Shown: positions 13,625 through 28,349, counted from the first letter of the stretch. The stretch is DNA of 64,000 nt from the human T2T-CHM13v2.0 reference genome, Homo sapiens (GCF_009914755.1 NC_060935.1), one strand, 5' to 3'. The notes: a model not told the origin generated them from the letters alone. Program-made: numbers and translations.

Positions 13625-13795
<171 letters not shown>

Positions 13796-13844
13796 TAATC
13801 ACTTTAAGTATATTCACATTAAGGATATTGTTCAGTGTTAATGA

Positions 13845-14136
13845 TTTTTTTTTTAAAAATGGTCTCACTCTGTCACCCAGGTGAGAGTGCAGTGGCACAA
13901 TCATGGCTCACTGCACCTTCGACCTCCTGGGCTCAAGGACCCACCTCAGCCTCCCAAGTAGCTGGGACTACAGGTGCATGCCACCATACCTGACTAATGT
14001 TTTATTTTTATTGTTTTGTAGAGACAGGGTCTTGCTTTGTTGCCTTGGCTGGTCTCAAACTCCTGGGCTCAAGAGGTCCTCCTGCCTCAGCCTCCCAAAA
14101 TGCTGGGATTATAGGTGTGAGTCACCAGGACCGGCC
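13845..14136 (-). mobile_element. AluJ
   Basis: Dimeric Alu with J diagnostics (atcatggctcactgca, ctcctgggctcaag in both arms). Confidence 0.92.
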
Positions 14137-14289
14137 TTAGTGATGAGATTTTTGATGATATCATGAATAGGGGACCCAGGAAATCTTCCCATCTTGCTAT
14201 TGGTCTAGTCATTTTTTCCTCCTCATCAAGACCCTAAGAGAAACATTGTTAACAAGGAACAAAGACAAATGGGAATTCAGGTACCATCT

Positions 14290-15000
14290 TGTAATGGTTA
14301 GTTTTGTGTGTTATTTTGAATAAGCCAGATTTCCCAGTTATTCAATCAAACACTAGTCTAGGTGAAAATTTCTTATAGATGTGATTAAAGTCAATAATTA
14401 GTTTTTTTTTTTTTTTGAGATAGAGTCTCACTCTGTCACCCAGGCTAGAGTGCAGTGGCACCACCTTGGCTCACTGCAAACTCCGCCTCCTGGGTTCAAG
14501 TGATTCTCCTGTCTCAGCCTCCCAAGTAGAGCAGGTGTGCGCCACCAAACCCAGCTAATTTTTTTTTTTTTTTGTATTTTTATTAGAGACAGGGTTTTAC
14601 CATGTTGGCTAGGCTGGTCTCGAACTCCTGGCCTCAAGTGATCTGCTCGCTTCCACCTCCCAATGTGCTGGGATTACAGGCATGAGCCACCACGCCCAGC
14701 CAGTCAGTCGGGTTTTTAAAAGGGCAACTATCCTAGATAGTCTGATTGATTTCATCAATTGAAAGGCCTTGAGAGTGGAGCTGAGGTTTCCCAGGAGTAG
14801 AAATTCCAGCTGCGGATCCCAGCTTTAGCTTTAGCCTGTGCCCAAGAGTTCCAGCCTAAAGTTCCTGACAGCCTACCCTAAGGATTTTGGAATTGCCTGC
14901 ATAGTCCCCACAATCACATAAACCAATTTCTTGCAAGGAAGCTTAAAAAATATATCTCCTACTAGTTTTCTGTTTCTCTGGTTTAACCCTGACTTATATA
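14290..15000 (+). mobile_element. MLT2 (D/E-like) ERVL LTR, interrupted by an Alu
   Basis: tgtaatggttagttttgtgtg...cccagttattcaatcaaacactagtctaggtg...ccccacaatcacataaaccaatttcttg...tctgtttctctgg...ccctgacttatata. Confidence 0.85.
14402..14701 (-). mobile_element. AluS (Sx/Sz-like)
   Basis: Full dimer with poly(T), gtctcgaactcctggcctcaagtgatc. Confidence 0.95.
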
Positions 15001-16520
<1,520 letters not shown>

Positions 16521-16604
16521 TTTCTCTTGCATGAAAACAAGAAGAATGAGAGAGCCATGCTTACAAATTCATAGACTATCTAGCCTATATTCTGATCTAG
16601 TCAG

Positions 16605-16820
16605 GATAGTATTCAACATAATAGTTAAAAGCTTTGGATGCAGAGTTAGACTGCCTGAGTTTGAATCCCAACTCACCACTGAGATCTAGAGTAAGATGCT
16701 TTTTAACCTCACTGTGTCACAGTTTTCCCATCTGCAATATCACAGTAGTAACTGGACCTTTCTTACAGAATAATTTTGAGAAAAGATGTGCACAGTGATT
16801 GAAACAGTGTTTGACACTGT
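16605..16820 (+). mobile_element. MIR SINE
   Basis: agactgcctgagtttgaatcccaactcaccact...ttaacctcactgtgtcacagttttcccatctg. Confidence 0.8.
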
Positions 16821-17860
16821 TACAGAAGAGATGAAAGAAAAAAATATGTTCCCACACCCCCACCCCACCCATACTCACACACACCAGGAGTGACATTACA
16901 ATAATTATGAATAATGTGTAAGATGTTGCTGAGCTCAGAGTCAATTCTAACTGTATGCTTATTTATTGAGATGTTTCACAGCATCAAAAATCATGTTTTT
17001 TATTGTAGTTGGCAAAGAAACCAAGTCTAGAAAGGATATAGAGACAAATCTGAATGGCCCTGCTAATTCACTTAGAAGGCCCAGGGAATGAGAAGCAGTA
17101 GCTATTAACTGTTTGGAGGTATTCCTCTCTAAGAGTTTCTGGAAGGCACAAGGAATACTCTGATTAATGTGTTTGAAATATCCTTTCAAAGCTTTGCTTA
17201 TGCCCCTGTCATATTAATTATCTCTGTAAAGTAATTTTTCTTCCAGGGTCACTCTCCAGAAAAAAAATGAATAAATGTCATATTAGATTTTTCCATAGCT
17301 GAAGCCTGCAAACTGAAAACACTGGGAACCAAGAGGTTGGCTACCCTGAGATCAAGGCCAGCCTCATAGGTAAGCCAATTCGGTGGTACCTTCCTAATAT
17401 GGATTTAAGTGGTAATTAGAATATTCAACTTGCCCCAGACTTCGTCTAGCCAACTTCTAGAGAGCCTCTGATATTTCAACCTTGTCTTCCTACTATTTTT
17501 ACTCACAAATTAATTTTGTTCACAAATTGAATTTGTCCATTCATTCATTCTGTTTTCAAACAATTATCATCTAACACACACACATACATACGTATGTAGA
17601 AACTATGAGGCCTGTGCAAGGCTTATAGAATCTAGAGATGAATAAAACATTGTCCCTGTCTTTCAGAAGCAAAGAACATTAGAACTTTTACAAGAAATGT
17701 GGATAACAAGTGTCTGTTTCACAGGGTGTTGTGATGATTAAATGAGATAATGAATATAAAGTCCTTTTGTAAGTCCTGGAATATGATCAATAACCATTTC
17801 TTGTTATTACTGTCATCACTACTCGGTAGAGCTATGAGAGGTCTCAGAGAACTTCTAGCC

Positions 17861-18803
17861 CAGTGGTTCTCAAACTTTTGTGTACCTCAGAATCACCTGG
17901 ACAGATTGTTAAAATGCTGGGCCCCACCCCAAAATTTCTGATTCAATAAGTCTGTGCTGAGGCTTGAGAATTTGCATTTCTTTTTTTTTTTAATACTTTA
18001 AGTTTTAGGGTACATGTGCACAACATGCAGGTTTGTTACATATGTATACATGTGCCATGTTGGTGTGCTGCACCCATTAACTCGTCATTTAGCATTAGGT
18101 ATATCTCCTAATGCTATCCCTCCCCCCTCCCCCCACCCCAAAACAGGCCCCAGTGTGTGATGTTCCCCTTCCTGTGTCCATGTGTTCTCATTGTTCAAGT
18201 CCCACCTATGAGTGAGAACATGTGGTGTTTGGTTTTTTGTCCTTGCGATAGTTTGCTGAGAATGACGGTTTCCAGCTTCATCCATGTCCCTACGAAGGAC
18301 ATGAACTCATCATTTTTTATGGCTGCATAGTATTTCATGGTGTATATGTGCCACATTTTCTTAATCCAGTCTATCATTGTTGGACATTTGGGTTGGTTCC
18401 AAGTCTTTGCTATTGTGAATAGTGCCGCAATAAACATACATGTGCATGTGTCTTCATAGCAGCATGATTTATAATCCTTTGGGTATATACCCAGTAATGG
18501 GATGGCTGGGTCAAATGGTATTTCTAGTTCTAGATCCCTGAGGAATCGCCACACTGACTTCCACAATGGTTGAACTAGTTTACAGTCCCACCAACAGTAT
18601 AAAAGTGTTCCTATTTCTCCACATCCACTCCAGCACCTGTTGTTTCCTGACTTTTTAATGATCGCCATTCTAACTGGTGTGAGATGGTATCTCACTGCGG
18701 TTTTGATTTGCATTTCTCTGATGGCCAGTGATGATGATTTGCATTTCTAAGTTCCCAGATGATGGTGATGATGCCAGTCTGAGACCACATTCTGGGAACC
18801 CTG
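17861..18803. mobile_element. MER5A (hAT-Charlie), split by an L1PA insertion
   Basis: cagtggttctcaaactt...tcagaatcacctgg...gagaatttgcatttct | ctaagttcccagatgatggtgatg...gaccacattctgggaaccctg. Confidence 0.9.
17982..18736 (-). mobile_element. 5'-truncated L1PA3/4 (about 755 bp: ORF2 C-terminus, 3'UTR, poly(A))
   Basis: ORF 18195-18713 is the ORF2p C-terminus ([33 protein letters not shown]); 12-bp TSD atttgcatttct (17970-17981, 18737-18748). Confidence 0.97.
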
Positions 18804-19116
18804 TTATACTCCAGTCTCCTCATTTTACAAATAAGAAACTGAGGCTCAAGAGAGTTAAACTGATATGACTATAAACTTATCAATAATTTGCTCTTTTGAC
18901 CCCACCAATCACTATTACTCTGCTGCCCCTCTGTGATAGCTGCATATCATATCAGATATGTTGATTTTCTTAACCTTCCAGAAAGCATAACGACAGGCAT
19001 ATAAGTGTTATATATTTTTGTACATGGATCGATTAGGGGAGAGGAGATGTCTCTGGACAGAGAGGCTCTAAAGGTGGTCATCCATGCATAAGGCTGTCAA
19101 TCAGTTTGAAATCACT

Positions 19117-19680
19117 TGTATTATTTACCTATTGCTGTATGACCAATTCCCCCTAAACCTAGAAGCTCAGTACAACACACATCTCAGTTTCTGTGCAGCA
19201 AGAATCTAGGCATGGCTTAATTGAACACTCTGCTTTGGGATTTCTCACAAGGCTGCAATCAAGGTGTTGAGTAGGGCTGAGGTCCCATCTGAAGACTTGA
19301 CTGAGAAAGATCTGCTTCAAAGTTCACTTACATGGTTTTTGGCAGGATTCAGTTACTCAGGGCTCTTGGACTGAGGGCCTCGGTTTCTCACTAGTTATTA
19401 GCCAGAGGCCTTTCTCAGTTCCTTGACATGTGGGCTTCCCAATTGGATAGCTTGCTTCATCAAAATCAGGGAGGTCAAGGCAGAGAGAGTGCACTTGCAA
19501 GACAGAAATCACAATCTTTTATAGCTTGTGTGTGAAGGTGGCATCTCATCAACTTTTTCATAGTCTATTGGTTTGAAGCCAGGCACTGGATTCAACTCAC
19601 ATTCAAAGCAAGATTACCCAAAAATATAAATACCAGGAGTGCAAATGAATGAGGCCCACATCAGACACTGCATGCCCACA
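19117..19680 (-). mobile_element. MaLR solo LTR, MLT1F-like
   Basis: tgtattatttacctattgctg...tctcacaaggctgcaatcaaggtg...ggcaggattcagtt...ggactgagggcctc...cccaca. Confidence 0.85.
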
Positions 19681-19689
19681 CTACTCATG

Positions 19690-19810
19690 TAAACTCAACT
19701 CCTCATTTCACAGATGAGGTAATTGAAGCTCAGAGATAGCAGGTGGCTTAAATAAGATCACACAGCCAGTCTACTTCCCTGACTAGAATTCTAATGCCCT
19801 TTCTATTACA
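19690..19810 (-). mobile_element. MIR fragment
   Basis: ctcatttcacagatgaggtaattgaagctcagaga...aagatcacacagccagt. Confidence 0.75.
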
Positions 19811-20269
19811 TCATTGCAAAATTCTCTCCATTTGATCTCTATTGCAGACATCACAAACAATCTATCAATTGAAAACAGAAGAACAAAACATGTTCTGATG
19901 GAATAAGAGCAAATAAGCTTATCATATCCAAACTCTAGTTTTAAAAAAATAAACCATTTGCTTAATCATCATTGTAATTAAGAACCCAAGAGACAAAAAA
20001 GCAATATAATAGTTCCAACAAACAATCATTTATTTGGTGCTCTGTTCAAATAACACAAAGATAAGCATTTTTCTTTTGGATCTCAACATACACTCCAGGA
20101 GGCAATTTTCCTACCTCTTTACCAGGAGAATGTACATTTCTTCTTGACCCAGTGAGGTTCTCTGTATATTTTCAAAACTAAATGTACCCTGTAAAAATAT
20201 TTTATAGACCTCCTCAAGTAATATATATTTCCCAGACAGCTGAATAAAGCTAAATTATACACTTATTTC

Positions 20270-20620
20270 TCTTTCAGTACATATTTATTTAACACTGACT
20301 GTATATAAGGTATATGCCTGGCTCTAAGGAATCAGTGGTGAACAAGCCAGAAGGGGTTATTGTTGCAATGGTCTTTCAGATCTACTAGGGAAAACACACA
20401 TGTTTTAAACATTACAGATAATTAATTAGTGTGTAAAGTGGCTTTGAAGGTAGAAGATAGAGTGTTATGGGAGAATATAACTGTGGGTCTTAACCTAATC
20501 TGGGAAGATAGAAAGGCGTGATAATTAAGCTGAAACTGTACAGGGCATAGAAATTTGCATATTCTGTTCCTTGTAAACAAACTTGGGAAACAAAAGCATT
20601 CCATACAAAGTCTCCAAAGT
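20270..20620 (-). mobile_element. L2 3' region
   Basis: ttcagtacatatttatttaacactgactgtatataagg...cagtggtgaacaagccaga. Confidence 0.7.
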
Positions 20621-21779
20621 GAGGAAGTTTATTTTGATATGATTTTATAAGATCAGATTACAGATAAGATCATAGAAAATAGAGATAAAAATTACAGATC
20701 ATCTTTACATATGACTGGGAACTAGCTATATAGTCATCATTGACTATATGCTGTTGCTGCAACAGTTTTAATGGATCCCTGGGTGTGTCAAACTTGGGAG
20801 TTTGGGCTAAAGTCATCACTGTAATCAAGAACCCAAGAGACAAAAATGCAAGGTATTAGTTAATAACAATATAATTTAACCCTTGACAAAGGGTATATCT
20901 CTGGAGAGCAGAGCTCATAGATCCCCCCTCTTCCTTACTTAAAGCAGGACGGATATCTTGTTATTCACTTTGAGACAATTTCCCAAATTTCCAAAATGAA
21001 TCCAAGGTAGGGGTATGCCTTGTGAGTTGAGAAGGGATGGTATTCAGGACAGCTTAGTACTGTTTGTGGGGAACAGAAACTCCAAGAAGTATGGGGGCAT
21101 AAGCAAACTTCCCAAGAAGGAGAGGTTTTAAAGATTAATCATTGGTAATTTTCATTAATGATGAATCATTAGTGATAAATCATTCATGAGCCCCTTCCCG
21201 ACAACGATGGATGAAGGGCTGCATCAGAACAGAGAGTTCTGTGCAAAAGCCAGAATGCCAGCTACTCAGGAGAACTGGGCCCCAGGACTGTAACGTACCC
21301 CAGGAGAGTAACATATTTGCTGAATAGGAAATAAAGCTCTCCCAAAGGAAGCCACTTTTCAAAGCACTTTTTACAGTGCCATCTAGTGGAGATTAAAATT
21401 ACTGCACAATTGTCCCACTGCTTGGGTTCTAGTCCTTGCTCTGATACCAACAGCTCAATCCAAATGCTGACTCTACCTCCAAAATTCCAGCATGCCTTTG
21501 TTCAGTGAGCAAAACCAAACTTTTTTTGTCATCACATTGACCTGTAAATCTCATTTAACTATAAAATGGAGAAAAACAAGAGCTACTGCCAAGGGTTGTT
21601 ATGCAGATTAAAATAAATTACTTTTAAATGCTAGAGTGGGTGAACCTGGTTAATGGAGAATAGAGGCAGAAGAGGAGGAGAGAGAGTCTTAAAACAGTGA
21701 AGAGTAAAGACAGTAAATGGTAAATATGAGCTGGTCATGAGCTTCCTTAGCTGCCCTAATGTAACAGAGAGATGTCCTA

Positions 21780-21945
21780 GTGAAGTGGAGAGGATACAGG
21801 CTTTGGAATAAAGGTGGGTCTAAAGCTGGCTCCACTACTTAATAGTGTTTGACAATATAAAAAAGGCTTACTATCTCTGAATCTTTGTTCCTTCATCAAT
21901 TAAAAAGAAGAAGGTGATGGCTACACCTACCGCATGTGGATATTG
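21780..21945 (+). mobile_element. MIR SINE
   Basis: agtggagaggatacaggctttggaa...ggctccactactta...tctctgaatctttgttccttcatc. Confidence 0.65.
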
Positions 21946-23199
21946 CCATTAGAAGATGCTTATGGATGCTAATCCCCTTCCTAACATCTGCATTAAACCC
22001 TCAGCTGGTTTTAGAGCTCAAACAATCAATTCTTTTCTATGAGACCTCTTGAATGAGGTCTTGACTCTTCCAAATCTTCCTAATCCCTCTCCCCCAACTT
22101 CTTATTCTGACTCTCCTCATCCTAATAAATCAACTGGTTCCAATCTGACTGCTAGTGACAAGTCAGAGAGCTCTGGCTAGTCCTTTCCCAGAAGTTGCTG
22201 GAAGGCTATTCATGCTTCTGCTTGCTCCTTACAGAAAATCTACAGTGGTTGTTCTTCCCATGGGTCACCCAACACAGAAAAGAAAGCTGCAGCCAGCTGC
22301 AGACTCTCAACCAGGAAGAGTTTGCTCAGCTGGTCCTTCTTTACCTACATTTCCCTGTTATTCTTCTCTCACCTTCAAAGTTTTTTGTTTTTCTTCACCA
22401 AGACATCAGTCTGTTGCCCTCACAGCATGACACGGCTTTTTGCCTCTCTATCCTATACATATATGTCAGTAATGCCCTGTAGCTGGGCGAACAATAAAGA
22501 AGGACAAGGTTTTACTTCAATGCTGAGAAAAATAAGTATATGTCCCCTATTTTTCTGTAAACACTCATTCTTTGTTGGAGAAAGTGTCATCATTTAAAAA
22601 AAAAAAAAAAAAAAGAGCCTTCCTTCCTCCCTGATACTGGTTTGGCCCTCTCAGAGGTAGAAATAATATTTTCCTCAGCAAAGGTGATTTTCTTTCCATG
22701 AGGCCTATAGACAACCAAATTGATTTTTCAGGCCAAAACCATTTTAACGTCTATTTATCTTCTCAGGATGATGTCCTTCAGCAAGTCATTTTGTCATCTC
22801 TTTGGTGTGGGTTTTTGTAACAGAGAAGATTGTAGGCCATCATACTTAAAAATAAATAAATAAATTCTATCTTTCTTCTTTGCTGAAAGCACTATTCAAC
22901 CCAGCCTTTAAAACAGAAAATTCTAGGTATTAAATAAAACACTGACATCTATGTTAAGGACAAAGTAAAATGTTGAGGGTTTTTTTTTTTTTTCGTTTTT
23001 TTTTTACTCTTCAGATTGGTTTTCCCCATTAGTTCTTTAAAAAAATGACTTTATAGGTAAAATTTAGCAAAGGTGAGAGGGGGATGTTGCAAAAAAAAAA
23101 AAGCTATATTAAGGATTAAATTTTCACACTTATTTTTCTCCCCATTGGTATATTGAGGAAGAGCCTTGTGACATGAATTTTAGTTTTTCAGTATAAAAA

Positions 23200-23590
23200 T
23201 CAGTGAATACCCTGGTTAAAAAAGAAACCACAAAAAGTCTCCCTTCACCATTACCTCCAGACACTCTCTCTATATACAGCTTTATGTATATAAATATATA
23301 CAGAATTCAAATCCTATTATCTTGCTTTTTCAATATAATATATTTTGGAAATATTTTTATTGCAAGACTTATAAATCTATTTTTAGCTAGTCAGATATCA
23401 TGAATTTTTACGCATATATCATGATTTATTTACCCAGACCCTGGCTGACATTTTTTCAGAAATTTTAGCAAATAGCAATTAGCAATTAAGCTTCAAAGAA
23501 CATCCTTTAAAATATATCTTTGTATTTTTGAATTGGTAAATCTGCATGATATATTTGAAGATTAAAATTGTTTTTTGAGGTCGACATAAT
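23200..23590 (-). mobile_element. Old L1ME-type 3' fragment
   Basis: cttgctttttcaatataatatattttggaaat...tatcatgatttatttaccca...aaagaacatcctt. Confidence 0.55.
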
Positions 23591-23860
23591 GAGGAGGATG
23601 GGAAAGATAGTGCAAAGTGTTTCAGTTGAGAGGTTTGCAAGTTAAATTAACAGGAGATGCTAAGCCCCTAATATATCTAGCCCAATCTTTAAAGAAGACC
23701 AATAGAAATAAAATCCATAATGCAGTGTCTTCTTTGAGCAGGCAATAACTTGGACCCAAGTTGCAAACCATCTCCTTAGCTGCATGATATCTTTTGCTAA
23801 GGAGACAGTTTGCAACTTGAGTCCAAGTTAATTGCCTGCTCAAACAAGACAGAGAATTAG

Positions 23861-24410
23861 CTTAAGTCTCCATCAACAAATGAATGGATAAAGAAAAGGT
23901 GGTGATATGTACACAATGGAATACTACTCAGCCTTAAAAAAGAAGAAAATATTGTCATTTGTGACAACATGACTGAACTTGGAGGACATTATGTTAAGTG
24001 AAATAAATCAGGCACAGAAATACAAATACCACATAATCTCAATTATACTTAGAAACTAAAATAAAGTTGAACTCATAGAAGTAAAGAGCAGTATGGTGGT
24101 GTTACCAGGGCCTGGGAGGAAGGGGTGTCAGTAGCTAAAGTTGGGGAGATGTTGCTCAAAGGATGCAAACTTTCAGTTAGCTAGGAATAAATTCAAGAGA
24201 TCTACTGTACAACATGGTGACTGTAGTTAATAACAGTGTATTGTATTATTCAAAATTGCCAAAAGAGTAGATTTTAAGAGTTCTCACCACATAAGTATGT
24301 GAAGTGACATATACATTAATTAGCTCAATGTATCCATTCCACAATGTACACATATTTTTAAGTACATAATATATATAATTTTTGTCAACTAAATAAATAA
24401 AATGTTAAAA
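23861..24410 (+). mobile_element. L1MA (MA6-8-like) 3' end
   Basis: ccatcaacaaatgaatggataaagaaa...ggaggacattatgttaagtgaaataa...gagatctactgtacaacatggtgactgtagttaataac. Confidence 0.9.
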
Positions 24411-24419
24411 AATTAAGTC

Positions 24420-24690
24420 CTGAAGACAGTAAAATAATACCTTTAAAGTGCAGAAGGAAAGAAAAGGAAAAGGAAAGGGAAAAGAAAGGAGGAAAGAAAA
24501 GGTCATCTCCAAATAATTGATAATTAATAGAATTTTTCACCAGCAGATATGCCCTACAAGAAATGATAAAGGTACTTCATCAGGCAGGAAGAAAATGATG
24601 CCAGATGGAATCTCAGAGTTTTAAAGAAGGAATGAAAAGCACCAGAAATGCTAAATATTTTGGCAAACATAAAAAGACTATTTTTCTTCT
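24420..24690 (+). mobile_element. Old L1M ORF1-end fragment
   Basis: agaatttttcaccagcagatatgccctacaagaaatgataaagg...gaaggaatgaaaagcaccagaaatg. Confidence 0.7.
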
Positions 24691-24930
24691 TTTTTTTACT
24701 GACACAGATGTACATTTTTGGGAGTACATATGATAATTTAATACGTTCATATAATGTATAAAGATCGAATCAGGGTAACTGGGATATCCATCACCTTAAA
24801 TACTTGTCTTTCTTTTATGCTAGAAACATTCAAATCATTCTCATCTATTTTGAAATGCACTATAGATTATTGCTAATATAATCACTTTACTGATCAATTG
24901 AATACTGTCTTATTTTTTCTAACCACATCT

Positions 24931-25246
24931 TGTTTTTTTTTATTTTTTATTTTTATTTTTATTTTGAGATGGAGTCTCTCTCTGTCTCCCAGGCTGGAGT
25001 GCAGTGGTGCAATCTTGCCTCACTGCAACCTCTGCCTCCCAGGTTCAAGCTATTCTCCTGCCTCAGCCTCCTGAGTAGCTGGACTACAGGTGTGTGCCAC
25101 CTCACCTGGCTAATTTTTGTATTTTCAGTAGAGACCGGGTTTTACCATGTTGGCCAGGCTGGTCTCGATCTCCTAATCTCAAGGAATTGTCTCACCTCCG
25201 CCTCCCAAAGTGCTGGGATTACAGGTGTGAGCCACTGCACCCAGCC
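24931..25246 (-). mobile_element. AluS
   Basis: Full dimer; partial TSD taacc../taact.. Confidence 0.93.
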
Positions 25247-25272
25247 TAACTGTATATTTGTACCCATTAATC

Positions 25273-25620
25273 CAGTGGTCCCCAAACTTTTTGGCACAAG
25301 GGACTGCTTTGATATAGGCCAATTTTCCATTTTTCCACAGATGGGGGTGGGGGAAGGGATGTGGATGGTTTCAAGATGAAACTGTTCCACCTCAGATTAC
25401 CAGGCATTAGTTAGATTCTCAGAAGGAGCACACAACCTAGATCCCTCGCATGCACAGTTCATAACAGGATTTGTGCTCCTGTGAGAATTTACTGTCGCAG
25501 CTGATCTGACATGAGGTTGAGCTCAGGGGGTAATGCTCGCTCATCCACTCATCTCCTGCTGTGCCGCTGGGTTCCTAACAGACCAGTACTGGTCCAGGAC
25601 TTGGGGGTTAGGGACCCCTG
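25273..25620 (+). mobile_element. MER1B (hAT-Charlie)
   Basis: TIRs cagtggtccccaa / ttagggacccctg; perfect 8-bp TSD cattaatc (25265-25272, 25621-25628). Confidence 0.93.
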
Positions 25621-26186
25621 CATTAATCACCCTCTTTTCCCCTCCTCCCCACTACCTTCCTGGCCTCTGATAACTACCAATCTACTCCTATCTTTGTGAT
25701 ATCCGCTTGTTTAGCTCCCACATATGAGTGAGAACACATAATATTTGTCTTTCTGTGCTTGACTTATTTCAATTAACATAATAACCTTCAACTCCATCCA
25801 TGTTGCTGCAAATGACAGCATTTTATTACTTTTATGGCTGAATAATATTCTATTGTATAAAGATGCCACATTTTATTTATCCATTCATCTTCTGATGGAC
25901 TCTTAGGTTGATTCCATATCTTGATTATGGTGAATAGTGGTAAAATAAACAGAAGAGTGCAGATAGCTCTTCGATATATTGATTTCCACTGTACTGGATA
26001 GATACCCAGTGGTAGAATTGCTGGATCATATGGTAGTTCTACTTGTTGTTTTTCGGGGAACTTCTGTATTGTTTTCCATAGTAGTTGTACTAATTTACAT
26101 TCCTAACAACAGTGCGTGTGTTCCTAAGTAGAATGGTTGGAAGAAGTATTCATGCTAGAAGGCTCTGAATAACAATACTACTAATA

Positions 26187-26496
26187 CAGAGGATACCAAC
26201 CATAAAGTACTATAGGGCCAAGCAGGTGAAAATAATTCAGTGAAATAGCTCACATCCAAAAACAAAAAGAATTAAGGACCAGGGTAAATTGGAAGCATAT
26301 GACCCTTCTAAACAAGTACTGCTCAGCTATCACTGATGGCTTTCACACAGAAATGTAGCGCCATATTGCTGAGTCTCTGAATTTTTCAAGATCTCAATTG
26401 TGACCTAATTACTTAGTTTTCAAAACACTCTGTGCCCCAAACAGATAATAACTGAGTGCTAAAGGCAGCCAGTGAACTGTCCATTTGTGACCCTTT
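26187..26496 (+). mobile_element. MER102
   Basis: tatagggccaagcaggtg...tctgaatttttcaaga...aaaacactctgtgcccc...catttgtgaccc; TSD tactaata / ttctaata. Confidence 0.7.
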
Positions 26497-27073
26497 TTCT
26501 AATATTTTTAGTACTCTCAGCTTGTCTTGGCAGAGAGGCCTTCTCAACAAATGTATGGCAAAAGCCACCCCAACCCGAGCTTTATTCTTAGCCTTTTAGA
26601 ACCCAAGACTTGTGATTTCCATTGGTGCAGATACCTTGCAAATTCTTTCAGAAAAGAATGAATGACAAAAAGTGTGTCCAAATAGAATTCTATAAACTTA
26701 CATTTTTCTTTTAAGATCTCTCATAGGTCTAGTTGGAGAAGGTCGAGTATTAAGAAATGATTCAGTGGGTAGTTAGCAGGGATGATTTCTGTGGTTGCAT
26801 TGACATTATCATTGAAAAGCCTGGTAAGTCTTTCTAACCAATCTCATCCACATCTTAGCTCAGCCATCTGGGTCTCCCTTTCAGGATGCCCATTTGCTTG
26901 AGAGTAATGAATACCATGGTAATGACTTTCTCTGATAAACCAAATCAAAGCTAGATCATGCATTTTGGTCACATCCCAAGAATATATAGTACATTTGACA
27001 GGTTACCTACTATTCCTGCAGGCCTATCTTCCAGCTAAGTAATTGGATCACAGAATATTTGGGCCACAAGAAT

Positions 27074-27380
27074 AGCATTTTCTAAAATGTTATATGGAAT
27101 TCTAGACCCATGATGCTCTGTAGAAAAATGGAAGGACATTTTCTATTCATCTATTTTCAGGAAATATGGCAAGATATACTCTATATATACACACACATGT
27201 ACAACACACAAACACATACAACTTCAACACCCCCATTTTAGAAATTTCTCAATGAAACTGAATTAAAAGGTATAAGGAGTTATAACACAGAATTTTGTGA
27301 ACTTTGATTCAGTGTTTTCCAAATTTGTATAAACAAAAATACTTATTCATATATCTGCAGAAAATGCTTTTGAAATTGTT
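27074..27380 (+). mobile_element. MER103-like hAT fossil
   Basis: agcattttctaaaatg...ctagacccatgatgctctgtagaaaaa...ttaaaggtataaggag...cagtgttttccaaattt. Confidence 0.5.
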
Positions 27381-27559
27381 GATTGGAACCAATAATATGA
27401 TTTCCCCACAAATGTCAAGCTACATTTTATGGAAATAACATATATTGTGATTTATGTTAAAATATATTTTGAACAAGTTGATGTTTCTTCATTTTCCCTA
27501 TTAAATATTCCCCAATTTAACATACAGTTCAATGTGAAACTCTGCAATATCATCATTCA

Positions 27560-27750
27560 ACCAATTTATATAACATTTCATGTGTTACAGAGCATTTTCA
27601 CAAATATTCCTTAATTTGACCCTTGCCACAAACCTCTCAGGCAAATATCTCCTTGTGTTTTGTTTGCTTATTTCAAAAAAACTGGGGAAACAAATGACTT
27701 GCCTAAAGTTACTCGGTGAATAAAGGTGAGATTGCAATTCTGCTGGCTCC
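27560..27750 (-). mobile_element. MIR SINE
   Basis: ttacagagcattttcacaaatatt...aaatgacttgcctaaagttac. Confidence 0.6.
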
Positions 27751-28349
27751 TGGCACATTGATGCTTCAAAACTCTCACTAAGCTCTATAATATCACATGG
27801 CTCAGAGATGCTACATCCAGTATTGCTCTTCCAAACTTATGCATGAGCATGTAGTAATAAGAATGGCCTATATGGATAATAACAGGAATCAAACGTACTG
27901 GCTCATGCTTAGAAAAGAGGCCATTAGAAATTTGTGATGAGTATAAATTAGAAAGGCAAAGCAACATAACTCATTGTAGAGGTCCTTGACTCATATATAA
28001 GGAGCAAAGCTATTCATTGGTTTAAACATTTGTACTTGAAAATTACTGTGGTGGACAGGTTAGGAATATGAATAAGATATATTCCCTATCTTCAAGTAAC
28101 TGGATAAGAAAAGTAGCCAACAGCTTTAAGACAATGTGCATTATCTTAATCTCCCTAAGGAAATAGTCAAAGGAAAGAGAAAATGAGGCAGCTTGAGCAA
28201 GAAGGCTGAGAACTGATGGGAAAAATCATGAGTTTCAAATCTGGAGATGACTAGTGACCTTGGAGAGAGCAGGTATAGTAAAATGTTTGCCGTGGAAGTT
28301 GGCCACAAAGAGCTACTACATAACTATATACACCTAAGAACATGCACCT

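Larger units (their letters stand above)
17825..18870 (-). mobile_element. MIR fragment split by MER5A and L1
   Basis: agagctatgagaggtctcagagaacttctag before MER5A; ctcctcattttacaaataagaaactgaggctcaagagagttaa after it. Confidence 0.65.
24691..26125 (-). mobile_element. L1MA (MA2-4-like) 3' end, interrupted by an Alu and MER1B
   Basis: aatcagggtaactgggatatccatcacc...ttagctcccacatatgagtgagaac...ctggatcatatggtagttct. Confidence 0.9.
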
